NCBI GenBank assembly: GCA_964016885.1 | Contig: OZ024753.1 | Span: 6,758,001 to 6,822,000 of the forward strand | Length of the DNA stretch: 64,000 bases | Reading direction: 5' to 3' | Origin: Eledone cirrhosa | Lineage: Eukaryota | Part shown: positions 45,718-59,012 of the stretch, in pieces | Layout: each line of letters begins with the position of its first letter | How positions within the stretch are numbered: the stretch's first letter is position 1 | The notes under the pieces: generated by a model | What the model saw: only the letters and a program-made list of their open reading frames with translations | The model's database searches: none | What the model was told of the DNA's origin: nothing | Made by a program: the position numbers and the translations under genes

Positions 45718-46475
45718 ACATGTATCACAGTAGAAACAAAATGGTCTGAGATCTGATTACTGTTTCCTATACATTATTCGTACTTACATTATGATCTCTA
45801 AACGATAGATGATAAAATCTGATGTGTGCCATGCGGCTGAATGTTAATAATGCCATCTAGTCCCGTGTTATATTACAATCTTATCACAGTTCTTTTTTTA
45901 TAACAAGACCAATATATTAAAAAGTCAAGCATTGTTCAGTCAACAAGGATATTTCTCATTTTTTATCAACAGGCTATTGACCCAAACACTGGACATGAAC
46001 AACGAGATAAAGAACTGGACTAGATTAGACAGTTGTTTATTTACAACAGTATATAACTTTGCCTATTAATCCGTGTGGTGAGAAAATGGTGTACACGACA
46101 TGTATCACAGTAGAAACAAAATGGTCTGAGATGTGATTACTGTTTCCTATACATTATTCGTACTTACATTATGATCTCTAAACGATAGATGATAAAATCT
46201 GATATGTGCCATGCGGCTGAATCTTAATAATGCCATCTAGTCCCGTGTTATATTACAATCTTATCTCAGTTCTTTTTTTTTAGAACAAGACCAATATATT
46301 AAAAAGTCAAGCATTGTTCAGTCAACAAGGATATTTCTCATTTTTTATCAACAGGCTATTGACCCAAACACTGGACATGAACAACGAGATAAAGAACTGG
46401 ACTAGATTAGACAGTTGTTTATTTACAACAGTTTATAACTTTGCCTATTAATCCGTGTGGTGAGAAAATGGTGTC
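45718..46475. repeat. Near-identical 380-bp tandem duplication
   Basis: ACATGTATCACAGTAGAAACAAAATGG at 45718 and 46098. Confidence 0.9.
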
Positions 46476-46770
46476 CCACGTGCTGGCCTCCCCACAGCCC
46501 CGGCGGACAGGATGGAGATGGCGTTTCCGCGGAGGATGGTAAGGGGGGTGCGCTCGATGAGTCATTCCAACTCCTCGCGACGATCACACCTGCGGCTGGC
46601 CAGCTCAGCGCCTATGGTGGTGAATAAGGAGGTATCCCCCGGACTAAATGTTGAGCAGTAGCAGGCATTTTATTGTTTCTTACTGTCGTGTATGCATCTC
46701 TTTTTACTTCAATGTCAACATATTACACGGATTGATGTACGAGTAGTTTACTGCTGTGAAGTAAAACACC

Positions 46771-47572
46771 GGTTGTCTTGTAGTTGCCCGCGTTAAATTA
46801 TGATTTTTTAAAAATGTAATTCAGTAATTAAGAAAGAAAGTTTATTTATTAAATTCTAAATTATTCAATTTAAAAAAAAATTTTTTTTTTTTTTTAAACG
46901 TAAATTATAATATTCCAAAGTGTCTCTAGACAGTCGATCGTCTTTCGTCAAATCAGACCGAGGAAACAATGTTTCCATTGGACTTTCCAATTTCTAATAC
47001 TATCTATCGGTCGCAACTCCAGGTAGAAGTGTCTTGCTCAAGGACTTAACGCATCGCCTGATCCAGGAATCGAACTCACAACCTCAACATTGCGAATCCA
47101 ATTCGCTAACCACTCAGCCATACGCCTTCACTATGCACACTTCACAGTGTCTATTATACATCATAATAGTGTCGTTTCCAATATAGAATATTGTCGAAGA
47201 TGTTTTCTTGAATAGCACAGCGCCAAAGAAACTCCTGAAAGTAAGTGCCGGAGAGTGCCTCGCTCATTCCTCTGATGTCACAGAATTCGACTTTGTAAAG
47301 CCGCCAGCTGACTTCCACACTGTTTGTGTGGATTGTGGGGTCATTGGGGTCCACATAGTTGTAACGATTGTTTACAACTGCATGTTGCGGGAGGGCATTG
47401 TATGAATAAAAAAAAAAAATTATAATCTGTTTCTTATTTAATTTTCTTAAAACTTAAAAAAAAAAAAAAAAAAAATATTTTTAAATTAAAAATTTAATTA
47501 ATACTAACTTACAAGATTACATTAAAAAAAAAAACTAAAAAATAATTTAATGCAGGCAACTATCAGATAACC
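46771..47572 (-). mobile_element. Merlin (IS1595-related) DNA transposon deletion derivative with a nested CORE-SINE
   Basis: ~30-bp imperfect TIRs starting GG; 8-bp TSD AAAACACC/AAAACATC; remnant DP..TIHTNSVEVSW...K...YFQEFLWR at 47154-47354. Confidence 0.85.
46900..47130 (-). mobile_element. CORE-SINE
   Basis: tRNA head with B-box GAGTTCGATTCC, followed by the CORE motif CCTTGAGCAAGACACTT. Confidence 0.8.
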
Positions 47573-48048
47573 AAAACATCTTTGTGAAGTATATACCGCT
47601 TTTCCTTAGTACTGCTTGTGATTTTAGTCATGGACAGTAAATAGTTCTTGCAAATAGGATCAACTCAACATTTTATGGAATGATAGCTATCGCTCTAATT
47701 GTAATGTTCGTTCGTACCATTAAGATACAGTGAGAGGTGAAGAAAATCTCTTCGCATTCATGAATTAAATAAGTGATTTATCTTATTCTCAAGTTGATGC
47801 TTAACTCGGCTTGGGAATTACTATAAAACTACACGACTCTATCGAATACTCAGTGACTCGCATTTGAATCTAACGAATGAACTACAACTAAATCTACTAA
47901 TATATTTTTAATAGATTATTTGTTTAGTTTAGTTTCTAAATTCAAATTCTGTTGAAATCAGTTTTGTGTTTCTTCATTCTGAGATCTATGAAATTAAAAA
48001 TTATTACTATTACTATTTTTTTTATTTTTATATAGAGCATGATTTATA

Positions 48049-48236
48049 GCATGTCAAACATGCGGCCCTTTACAAGCACACCTGCGGCACTTTACAAACA
48101 CACCTACGGTCAGCACAAAGGTTTTTACAGCGCCAGCATGTTTTATCTTCGTAAAATAAAATAAAAAAATTAGTTGTCGTGTGTGGCCCTCAGACAAAAT
48201 ATATGTGATCGGGGGAACCTCAGTTTGACATGCCTG
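48049..48236. mobile_element. hAT MITE
   Basis: GCATGTCAAAC / GTTTGACATGCCTG termini (left end eroded); GCGGCCC-like subterminal motifs. Confidence 0.65.
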
Positions 48237-48354
48237 GTTATAGCATACTTTTATGTCTCTTTACTTATTGAGCTCACGTAGGGCAAATAACTCAATACGT
48301 ATCACCGAGACTCACTTGATATCCATCGTCTTCAGAGTGGATGGTTATCTACAT

Positions 48355-48660
48355 CAGGGGTGTGCAACGTATTCCAATGGCGAGCCACTTTTGAACAACT
48401 ATTAGGGTCGTCAATTAAGCACTATTCCAAAGATTCACCACAACGTCTTTCCTTAACATGGAACTGGGAAATTATAACACACATAACCCTATCAGTGAAG
48501 CCCTTTAGTATAGGTCAACTAACAGAAAATGGTATTACGGTTACGAAAAAAATTCTCAATAAGCCCACAAGGTAAAAATTAAAAAACGGTCATCGCGGGC
48601 CACTCTGTCTGGTATGGCGGGCCAGATTGTTACCCGCGGACCGCCTGTTGCACGCCCATG
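48355..48660. mobile_element. hAT MITE
   Basis: TIR CAGGGGTGTGCAAC / GTTGCACGCCCATG; 8-bp TSD ATCTACAT/GTCTACAT. Confidence 0.8.
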
Positions 48661-49130
48661 GTCTACATGATGGTATAATTTTCTTTAATGAGTATAGGAT
48701 CTATGTAATGTGTTATTGGGCACATACCCCCCCCCCCCCCACATAAAAAAAAGAAAACATTGAGGGGTGAAATTTATTTTTGCTTAAATACATATGTACA
48801 CTATATATATATGTATATATATATATATACACACACACATATATACATACACATATATATGTATATACATACACATATATATGTATATACATACATATAT
48901 ATATGTATATACATACATATATCCACCTACACAAATACATACAAAAGTACGCACATACGTAATAAACTTTCTCCACAAATGACCCTCGGACGTTTCCCGC
49001 CCCCTATTGGTATGCTTGTATCTACATAAAACTCAAGAAAGAGAGAGAAAGAAAAAGAGAGAAAAGAGATAGAGAAAGAGAGAAAGAAAGAAAAAGAGAG
49101 AAAAGAGATAGAGAAAGAGAGAAAGAAAGA

Positions 49131-49187
<57 letters not shown>

Positions 49188-49708
49188 AAATCTATGTTAA
49201 TCAGAAATTCGAAACATTCTCTTCAACACCTTATTCCAGTGAACAATAACAGTTACCAATTTTTTTTTTCTGACCTGAATTTAAAGTTCGAAAATATTAG
49301 TGATCATTTCACTGAAATTGAAACACGATAATCTCCAGGACGAAAGAAAGGAAAAGAAGAGCAAGAACAGCAAGTACATGGAATACAAATTCACCACTAA
49401 CAACTTCGTATGCGCCAAAATATTTTAAAAGCAATAGATTAGAGAAGTTTTTCAAATTAATGCTAAAACGAATCTTTATAAAACCAAATGACATTTTATT
49501 GGTTCGCTGGTATTTGGGTCAGTTATAAAGTTGAGCTGGTTAGAATATCAATTTTACACGCAATATTCTCGTTGAATGCACCTGATAGAGAAACTTCACA
49601 GACTATGCTTTGCAGAAATGAGGAAAGAAACTCACATTTGGAAATATTTTCTGATGGAATGTTGTTGTTAAGATATATTGATGTCTCTAACTAAAATGTT
49701 ATAAATAA

Positions 49709-50175
49709 TCTATATACTACTAAAACGCTGTGGTCGTTGTAGGCTTGTCTGTAATTTAATACAACCAAAAACGGCGTATAAGGGGGGAAAATACCGCTGA
49801 AATGAGAATACAAATGGAATAAAACAAGTTTCGCATAAATCGGAGCACCTGTTCCCGAGATACGGAGTTTTTGCGGGTACCTTTATGAATAAAGAGAGAG
49901 AGGAAGATAGAGAGAAAGAGGTAGTGATTGTGAGAGAGTAGATTGAAAGGGAGAGACAGAAGGAGACAGAAAAGGAAAATGGAAGAGCGAGAGAAATAGT
50001 TAGTGTTGTTGTTGAATGAAATGCACACACACATGTATATGGGTCTCCAATTTCATTTTATATTTTATACATGTCTGTGTATATTTTAATTATTTATTAA
50101 TTATTTTTAAGTAAACATGATTTAAAAAACATATTTTTCTAGTTAACGTGACCGAACGGGTCAGGGGTTGTCTAG
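49709..50175 (+). mobile_element. Non-autonomous Helitron
   Basis: A|TC start; TGACC-gaacg-GGTCA hairpin just before the CTAG|T end. Confidence 0.65.
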
Positions 50176-50362
50176 TATATAAATATACATTTGCTTCTCA
50201 TTTACTACCATTATTTACGGATTTACGGGAGAGTGAGATGGGGAGGATGGGGGGGAGATGGGGGGGGGAAGTGAGATGGGGGGGGTATATGGAGAGGGGG
50301 AAACGGGGAAGGAGGAAGTGAGAGGGAGAGAGAGATGGAGAGAATGAGATGGAATAAAGAGG

Positions 50363-50402
<40 letters not shown>

Positions 50403-50615
50403 TAGAGAGAGAGATGGTTGCATACATTGGCTCTAATATTCGATTACTTCATCGATCGAGAAATTATGAAATTCATATCAGAACTTGATAGCATTTGAGA
50501 TCAGACCAGAATGAGTTAAGAAAACAATACAAGTCAATACAAGTCATTATATTCGATGATATTTAGTTTGGCTAATTCACAGGCATATCATAACAATCGA
50601 TATTCAAACAGCTAT

Positions 50616-51340
50616 GCCTTTCATCCTTACAGGGTCGGGAAACTAAAGTACCAGTAATGGACTGGGGTAATTACTGGCCTTGTCCCAAAAGTAGAGACAA
50701 TATACAAACGGTTTTGCCTTTCTACTTTACGGAGTCGATAAAATAAAGTACCAGTAATACACTGAGATAATTGATGGCCTTGTGCCAAAGATAGAAAGAA
50801 TATACAAACGGTTTTGCCTTTCATCCTTACAGGGTCTGTAAAATATAGAACCAGTAATGCATTGGGGTAATTGCTGGCCTTGTGCCAAAAGTAGAAACAA
50901 GATACAAACAGTTTTGTCTTTCATCTTTCCGGGTTCGATAAAATATAGTACCAGTAATGCACTGGGATAATTGCTGGGTGCCAAAAGTAGAAGTATTACT
51001 AGCACGGCGGTTTGGCCCTTTATGGCCTGAATTCAAATCCCACCAGGATTACCCTTGTCTTTCATTCTTACGGGGCTCGATAATATAAAGTAGCAGTAAT
51101 CCACTGGAATAATGACTGGCGTTGTGCCAAAAGTAGAAACATTAGTAGAGAGGTGGTGTGACAGTATCGGTAGAGCGTCAAACACCATGCTTTGCTGCAT
51201 AGAGTTATGGCCCACTACGTTATGAGATCAAATCACGCCGAGGTTAGCTTTGACTTTCATCCTTTCGGGGGTCGATAAAATAAAGTACCAATAATGCACT
51301 GACATAATTGCTGGCCTTGCGCCAAAAGCAGAAACAGTTA
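50616..51340 (+). mobile_element. Array of SINE 3' halves (~100-bp period) plus two longer copies
   Basis: Repeated GCCTTTCATCCTTAC...GTAGAAACAA-like units. Confidence 0.85.
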
Positions 51341-51776
51341 TAAATATCACTTGCATTTAGATGCATTTCTGTAATAACGACAAATATAGAAATTGTGAGT
51401 GTCTTGTTGTTAGTCTGACAAACTCATTAGCATTAAATTAAATATTTTAGGCAGTACACATAATAATTCCAGATTTATTCAGACAAGTTACTAATAGAAA
51501 TCAGTTATTACTCTTAAATATTGATTATACAAAGACCGGAAGAATTCTGCACAAGAATGATGTGAAAATTAGCAATTTTCGTGCAAGTCTTACATTTCAA
51601 CAAGTTTAAAGACACTTTCACTGGGGATACTTCTCGTGACATCCCTAATGGGAATAACTACAAGACGGACGAAGAATTCAAAACAAACATACAAAGATAT
51701 TATACTGTTCTAAAGACTGTACCATTCTAAGATACTTCACTAAAGAAACAAACAAAAATGTCATATCGCCAAAAAT

Positions 51777-51810
<34 letters not shown>

Positions 51811-51928
51811 TATGAAGAGAGAAGAAACATATATATATATGCAAAGTTTTATTAAAATTGTTGGGTTACAACGAGTAAATATTTATAACTGATATAAAAT
51901 CTATCTATTTATAAGACTGTTTATATTG

Positions 51929-51994
51929 TATTTTGTCTGAAGAAGGCATACCATATTTTTAATATGATATCCCTGAAATATATATAATGAAATA
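51929..51994 (+). ncRNA. Type I hammerhead motif (family B insert 51841-52036)
   Basis: TATTTTGT-CTGAAGA-agg..catatt(ttt)aatatg..cct-GAAA-T-ATAT-A-TA-ATGAAATA. Confidence 0.75.
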
Positions 51995-52035
51995 AATATG
52001 GTTTTATAAATATAGTTTCCATTTATTTAATATCG

Positions 52036-52062
<27 letters not shown>

Positions 52063-52067
<5 letters not shown>

Positions 52068-52246
52068 ATTTCCGTGGGAAACAACAGGAAAAAGGAGTGC
52101 TCTATGTGGGCTACAGATCTTATTAGTTATGTAATAAACAACATAAGATAATTATTTCTGACGACTGAAGACAGATATAAATATCTGCCTTCAAGAAACC
52201 ACTGGTAAATGAAATAATTATCTTATGTTGTTTATTACATAACTAT
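52063..52246 (+). mobile_element. Palindromic insert, family I, with a central hammerhead (52158-52214)
   Basis: 35-bp arms at 52124-52158 and 52211-52245 enclose CTGACGA-ctgaagacagatat(aa)atatctgccttcaa-GAAA-ccactgg-TA. Confidence 0.75.
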
Positions 52247-52465
52247 ATATATATATATATATATATATACGTAGGAGGTGAGTTTTATTGTAGTACAATA
52301 TATTATATATATATATAATATATATAATAATAAATGCGAAGACTAAAATTCGAAGAGACTCGATAAGGATAAATATATATCAAATAAGGGTGAGAGCAGC
52401 GATTCTTTGTTTAAACTTCAATCTGTTCTTTGAATATATATATATATACACACACAGATATATGT

Positions 52466-52636
52466 ACAGGTAAAATTCCGTTATAACGAATACTAATATA
52501 ACGAATTTTTCAATATAACGAAATTTCTTTTTCGATACCCGGCTGCACGCTCAATGTGTTGGGTCGATGTCATTATAAAGAATTTTTCTTTACAACGAAT
52601 TTCTTTTATTCCTCGTGAATCTTGTTATTTCACTGT
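52466..52636. mobile_element. Tigger-like MITE
   Basis: Reverse-orientation homolog of 9868-10042; TA|CAG...CTG|TA. Confidence 0.7.
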
Positions 52637-53749
52637 ATATATATCTATATAGATATATATATATACAATGAAATTCAGTTATAACGAATTTCCTCTTTTT
52701 CTTTCCCTTTCAGTCCCTCTCACGCCCCCGCTCTTTCTCTCTCTCTGCCTATATATATATATATATATATAATGTACGTACGTATGTATGCATGCAAGTA
52801 CGTATGTATGCATGCAACTATGTATGTGTGTACGAATTTACATGTGTATGCATGCAAGTATGTATGTGTGCATGTATGTATATAGCCATGCATGTATGTA
52901 TGTCTGTATGTCTGCATGTATGTATGTATTCATAAGTATACTCACCATATTTTCAAAGACATTCCGTTTCCTACTAAAATCCTTTCATCCATCAGATCCC
53001 TACATATGCTGAAATACTAACCATGCCTATATATGTGTGTCTGTATGTGTGTGTTGGTATATTTATGTATGTTGGTGTTTGTGTGCGTGTACGTGCATGA
53101 ATGTACGTGCAATCGCCGGTGAGTGTGTGTATGTGTGTAATAAGATTCAGTTTCATATAAGTTCATGTTTTCTTCACATCTAACTTAGCATAACCAAATT
53201 AATAATCGTTTTCAGAATTCCAGATATAAAACAGAAAATAATTTGATACAAGCGAGAAACGAAGGAACATTAAAAATAATCATATCTCTAAAGGAATAAT
53301 GTTTAAAATCTAAACAAAACTGATAATAAAAAGGGGAATAAATGTGATCAATGTTAGTAGGTTTCCTACAAAGATCAGTATTTTCTAAGTTTCTCGTGTT
53401 AGTTTTTGTGTTGACAATTTCACAGTTTTTGATTGGCTAAAATTCACGGCTGATGTTTTCAAACTGACAACGACATATTTTGAGGGCTATCATCGCATTA
53501 AGATTTAATCCCTACATTGTTTGTTATATTTTCAGATTAAACATTTCCCTGAACTATAATGTATTAAACATCATGAAAACAATTTATTGAAAAATTAGCA
53601 AAAATTCAATAATACTTATTTGGTAAAAAAAAAAAAAGAATATTATATTATATAGAATTTTACTTTTGAAAATCTATTTTATGAAAAATTTGTCAATCTT
53701 ACATTCTGACATGAGGTAAATTATAGGCATCGTTATATATATATATATA

Positions 53750-53942
53750 TATAGGAACTGTAGACATATATATGTATATACATATATATGATCTGTGGAC
53801 ATACATACACATAAATGTCTATATGTTTGTATGCATGTATATATATATATATATATAGGAACAGTAGACATATATATATATATACATATATATGATCTGT
53901 GGACATACATACATACACATAAATGTCTATATGTTTGTATGC

Positions 53943-53985
<43 letters not shown>

Positions 53986-54174
53986 AACTGCAGACATATA
54001 TATATATATACATATATATGATCTGTGGACATACATACACATAAATGTCTATATGTTTGTATGCATGTATATATATATATATATATATAGGAACAGTAGA
54101 CATATATATATATATACATATATATGATCTGTGGACATACATACATACACATAAATGTCTATATATTTGTATGC

Positions 54175-54180
<6 letters not shown>
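53750..54180. repeat. Four-copy ~110-bp tandem repeat with embedded (TA)n
   Basis: GATCTGTGGACATACATACACATAAATGTC repeated four times. Confidence 0.9.
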
Positions 54181-54220
<40 letters not shown>

Positions 54221-54678
54221 GTAAATATGTGCTAAGTATTCAATATAAGTATATAGTCACCCGAGTCAGTATATTTCATCTCGATGCTCTGATTGGCTGA
54301 AATATTTCGCCTGATGTATCTTTCAACAACCTGACAAACCACATGTTAATCTGTATTAAAAAAAAAAAACGACTGAATACCTGAGTTACACAGAATGTTA
54401 TGAATTGTATACAATTGGACCTTTACGTGAGAGTTCTGAGTTTTTATGGTACTCTGAAAACATTCTTCAAGATTCAATAAGAAAGCTTCGATTTACATGG
54501 TAAGTGTAGTTAAATATGTTAGTCGTTTCTTTGCAGCAAAGAATCTCTGGAGTGGCATGAAAAAAACAAAAATGATAGATTTTCTTTCAGGTCTCACTAT
54601 ATTGAATTTCACTATATTCTTCAGAATATAGGAGAAAGCACATTCTGTAAATGACCAGTTATCTTTCTCTCTCTGTAT

Positions 54679-54727
<49 letters not shown>

Positions 54728-55218
54728 AGTTTGTTTGTGTGTAGTATGCTTGTCATTGCAGAAATTGTAGTAACATATATTTTATCACAGAACATACTCC
54801 ATTCTATATATGAAAAATTATATATTTCTTCGAAATATCCCCGACGCAAATGGCAATACAAAATTAAACAGCGTAAAAGCTTAGACGAAGAAAATATTGT
54901 TGTAACCAAGTTTAACATATTTTTAGTCGGCAAACACATAATTATCCGTGCCGAATTGCATGATAATATAACTCTACGAATAGCAATCTTTATTCTTGAA
55001 TAGAGTAGTGATTCTTTTATTAGAATAACTTGTCCAGGATAATTTTCTCTTTGCAATGTTCTCATCAGACAACTTAAAGCGATTGTTGACTTTTAGAGTG
55101 CGAATATCTTAAGACTGTAATTTTATTTTCCAAACTAGCAAAATAGCCAAGATATATTTCTGTCCACAAATATTATTAGCGAAAACGACTACGGTAATAA
55201 TACTACTACTATTACTAA

Positions 55219-55249
<31 letters not shown>

Positions 55250-55513
55250 AAGAAGAAGAAGAAGAAGAAGATAAAGAATAGAAATAATAAATAATAGTTG
55301 TAATAAAAATATATTTCGTAAATTATATTTGAACAATATTTTTATTTAGTAAAATAGAAAATATGTTGTTGAATATTGGTTATGAAAATATAATTGTCCT
55401 TTAAGGTTATTACTGGTATATGTATATAAGTATTGCTTATTATAAAATATTAAAATATACATTCTTTCGAAATAATATTTATATTCGTAGAAAAATCAAT
55501 AATTTCAAAGTTG

Positions 55514-55575
<62 letters not shown>

Positions 55576-56009
55576 CATTCTATTGTTTTTTTTAATCACG
55601 TTATATGTACATCTTACATGTCATGGGGTCAGATTCCTGAACATCGGAAGATGTGAAAACAATATGAGGAACACTTTTCATTGGTTGAGCATTTTCACCT
55701 GATATTTTCTCTTACGAGTCTAAAATTTGACCTTTGACATGAAATATACGAACAATTTGATTGGTCTCTTAATCACTGCTGATTTATAGATACTTCATTA
55801 AATACCCGATCGTATGTTTGGAATCCAAAAGCAGTGATTGGTCAATACATTTCACCTGATGTTATCACCTTATATTTTCACTTTCAGTTTCAAAATCCCC
55901 CCCATCCTCTACATCATAATCATCATAATCATCATCGCCATCATCTAATTCTTATTTTCCTTCTACTTTTCCCTCTTCTTCTTAACTCAGTTTTTATTAT
56001 TATTATTGT

Positions 56010-57265
56010 TATAGAGTTGCGACCCTTTACGTTCTGGGGTCAAATTATTCGAGGTTAACATTGCCTTTCATCCTTACGGGGTCAATAAAATAAAATACCA
56101 GAAATGCAATGGAGTAATTGCTGGCCATTATTATTATTATCGAGGCGGTGGATTAACAGTATCGGTAGAGGGTCGGACGCCTTGCTTTGACGCATAGAGT
56201 TACGGCCCTTGCCATTCTGAATTCAAATCCCGCCGAGGTTAACTTTGCCTTTCACCCTTACGGGGTCGATAAAATAAAGTACCAATAATAGACTGGGTAA
56301 TTGCTGGCCTTGTGCCTAACGTAGAAACAATTATTATTATTATTGTTATTATTATTATTATTATTTTTAGTAGTATTAGGGTCGGTGGATTGCAGAATTG
56401 GTAGAGTGTCGGACAAAGTGCTTTGCAGCATTTACTTATGTCCCTTTAGGTTTTAATTCCGCCAAGGTTAGCCTTATTTTTCATCCTTATGAGGTCGATA
56501 AAATAAAGTACCAGTAACGCACTGTGGGGTTAATTTAATCGACTTCTTTCCCTTCCCCTCAAATATCCCTGGACATCGGTAGATGGTCGGACACGCTTTG
56601 TAGCATAGTTACGTCCCTTTACGATCTGAGCTCATATACCGCCCAGGTTAACTTTGCCTTTCATCCTTACGGGGTCGTTTAAAATAAAGTACCAGTAATG
56701 TACTAGGTAATTGCTGGCCTTGTGCCAAAAATAGAAACAATTATTATTATTATTATTATCATTATGATCATTATTATTATTATTACTAGGGCGGTGGATT
56801 AGCAGAATCGGTAGAGCGCCTTACACCATCTTTCGTGGCATGATTGTGTCCCTTTACATTATGAGTTCAAATCCTGCCAAGTTTAGCTTTGCCTTTCATC
56901 CTTAAGGGATCGATAAAATAAAACACCAGTAATGCACTTGAGTCGATTTAATCGACTTTCCCCTCCCCTGAAATTGCTGGCCCTGTGCCTATGGTAGACA
57001 TTATTATTATTACTATCATCGTTATCATCATCGTCAGCATTAATATCATTCTTATGTGTTGTTGTTATTGTTTGTTATTATTATTATTACTGGTATTAAG
57101 GGCGGTGGATTGGCAGTATCGGTAGAGGGTCGGACGCCATGCTTTACAGCATAGTTACGTCCCTTTACGATCTGAGTTCAAGTCCCGCCTTACGGGGTCG
57201 ATAAAATAAAGTACCAGTAATGCACTGGGTAATTGCTGGCCTTGTACCTAAAGTAGAAACAATTA
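56010..57265 (+). mobile_element. Cluster of six co-oriented SINEs in (ATT)n tracts
   Basis: Copies start at ~56010, 56143, 56379, 56575, 56789 and 57100. Confidence 0.85.
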
Positions 57266-57673
57266 TTATTATTACTGGTTATATATTTGTCAACCTGTTT
57301 TCCTTCGACATTCCGAATTGTCTTCGGGATTTTTTCTTGCCCAAGATTCTGGTCATCTTTGTTTCTCGATTTTTATGTTTAGATATTTCTTCACTTTCTT
57401 TTAAAGACACATTATCACACATGTAAGATGGTTCCTCTTTTACTGAACGACATCGATGACTATTTCTAGTCATATATCTCAGACGTTGGAATCTTGCTAA
57501 TTATCTGATATATATATATATATATATTTTGAGTATATGTTGGTTGTATACCAACACTTCAGTATGCATATGGAGCACTCGACGAAGTGCGCAGGTTGGT
57601 TTGGTTACTCCGGAGTAATGTAAAATAAAATAAAATAAATAAGTCAAATGTTTAAAATTTAGCTTCGTTTATT

Positions 57674-57728
57674 ACTGCTATATATATTTCGGTGACAGCC
57701 ATCTTTGGCTGTGACCTCTTCAGGCAGT
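57674..57728 (-). ncRNA. Complete type I hammerhead motif (family J, insert ~57528-57922)
   Basis: Minus strand: ACTGC-CTGAAGA-ggtcacagcca(aaga)tggctgtcacc-GAAA-T-ATAT-A-TA-GCAGT. Confidence 0.85.
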
Positions 57729-57920
57729 CCGAATTAGTGTGGTAGAGACAAGTACATATGTTGTTGAGGTGTATAATTTTGTCAATACTCTGATATGCCC
57801 AGTTCCTGGTTGGGTTGTTATTTCACTGAGAAACTGGAATCATATGAATTCAAACAAACGAATTTCAGTGTCAAAGGGCCTCTTCTCCTCTCATTGGTCA
57901 GTTGTTAGAACATTTTATTT

Positions 57921-57960
<40 letters not shown>

Positions 57961-57974
57961 GTATATATATATAT

Positions 57975-58200
57975 ACACAGCAATATGCACGGTTAGTTGT
58001 GGGGTCTAGTCTGCATGAAGAACTCAATGTAATCCATATGTTGAAAATGTTGTAGGTTAAAATAAATCCCGGAAAACAAAACATCAAAAGGAAAACAGTG
58101 TCATGATATAAGTTAAAACAATGAAATAAAAATTCAAGTCATTAGAAATATATTTCACCTAATGAAATTGAATTTTTATTTCATTGTTTTAACTCATATA
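57975..58200. mobile_element. Palindromic TA-flanked insert, family M
   Basis: Arms ~58108-58137 and ~58168-58198; no clear ribozyme core. Confidence 0.55.
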
Positions 58201-58288
58201 TATACATATATAAGTTAAAATATAAGTCCCAGGGCTCTGATACCATCAACACTATACACACAGAGCTGGCATATCTAAGAACTGACTA

Positions 58289-58344
58289 ACTGCCTGATGA
58301 GGTCATAGACATTCAATGGCTATCATCGAAATATATATAGCAGT
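58289..58344 (+). ncRNA. Type I hammerhead motif (family J-related insert ~58205-58390)
   Basis: ACTGC-CTGATGA-ggtcatagaca..tggctatcatc-GAAA-TATATA-TA-GCAGT. Confidence 0.8.
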
Positions 58345-58414
58345 AAATAAAGGATTATGAGTTCATGCAATTGACTTATGTTTCGTCATTATATATATAT
58401 ATATAGAGAGAGAG

Positions 58415-58555
58415 AGAAATGGCTTCTACAGGACTCGAACTGTTTCATTCGAAGAAAACAGTTCTAGTCCTGTAGAAGCCATTTCTATATTAAATATATA
58501 TACTCTGCTATGTATTGAGTACCTTACTTACTGTGGTTACCCCCGATTGAACCCG

Positions 58556-58556
<1 letters not shown>
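58415..58556. mobile_element. Family G palindromic insert
   Basis: AGAAATGGCTTCTACAGGACT...AGTCCTGTAGAAGCCATTTCT plus tail. Confidence 0.75.
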
Positions 58557-58593
<37 letters not shown>

Positions 58594-58601
<8 letters not shown>

Positions 58602-59012
58602 AGATCAAAAGATGGTTAAAGGAGTTCCATGTATTTTATTATGCGCATTTCAAAAACAAACATCATCATGCAATAATATTTGTGTTTTCATCAGATAAAA
58701 CAGGAGAACATGATATGAAGGCTAAAAACACTTGTGGATAGTGCAGTTTTAAATCAACATGTTGATTTAAAACTGCACTATCCACAAGTGTTTTTAACCT
58801 TCATATCATGTATTCCTGTTTTATCTGATGAAAACACAAATATTATTGCATGATGATGTTTGTTTTTGAAATGCGCATAATAAAATACATGGAACTCCTT
58901 TAACCATCTTTTGATCTTATATTATGTATACTCCAGTCCTACAAACTGTAGAGTGCTTCTTTTCCGATATCTGCATTGCTTTATTGTACTACAATAAAAC
59001 TCACCATCCTAC
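58594..59012. mobile_element. Spacerless 332-bp palindrome plus tail, family K
   Basis: Axis between 58759 and 58760 (AACA|TGTT); arms extend to 58594 and 58925; tail 58926-59012. Confidence 0.85.
58819..58885 (+). ncRNA. Type I hammerhead motif (family K; mirror copy 58634-58700 minus)
   Basis: TTTTAT-CTGATGA-aaacacaaatatta..tgatgtttgttttt-GAAA-T-GCGC-A-TA-ATAAAA. Confidence 0.8.

Noticed and set aside
46476-46625. HDV-like ribozyme in the GC-rich repeat (GCC-TCCCCACA-GGC)
   Set aside because: No room for P2 between the putative P1 and P3; it folds as a simple hairpin
54493-55065. 190-aa minus-strand ORF and overlapping plus-strand ORF
   Set aside because: Spans a TA microsatellite, has no recognisable motif, and splice support is unconvincing
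55030-55075. Minus-strand CTGATGA...GAAA hammerhead candidate
   Set aside because: Stem II cannot pair, and it is not in a TA-flanked insert
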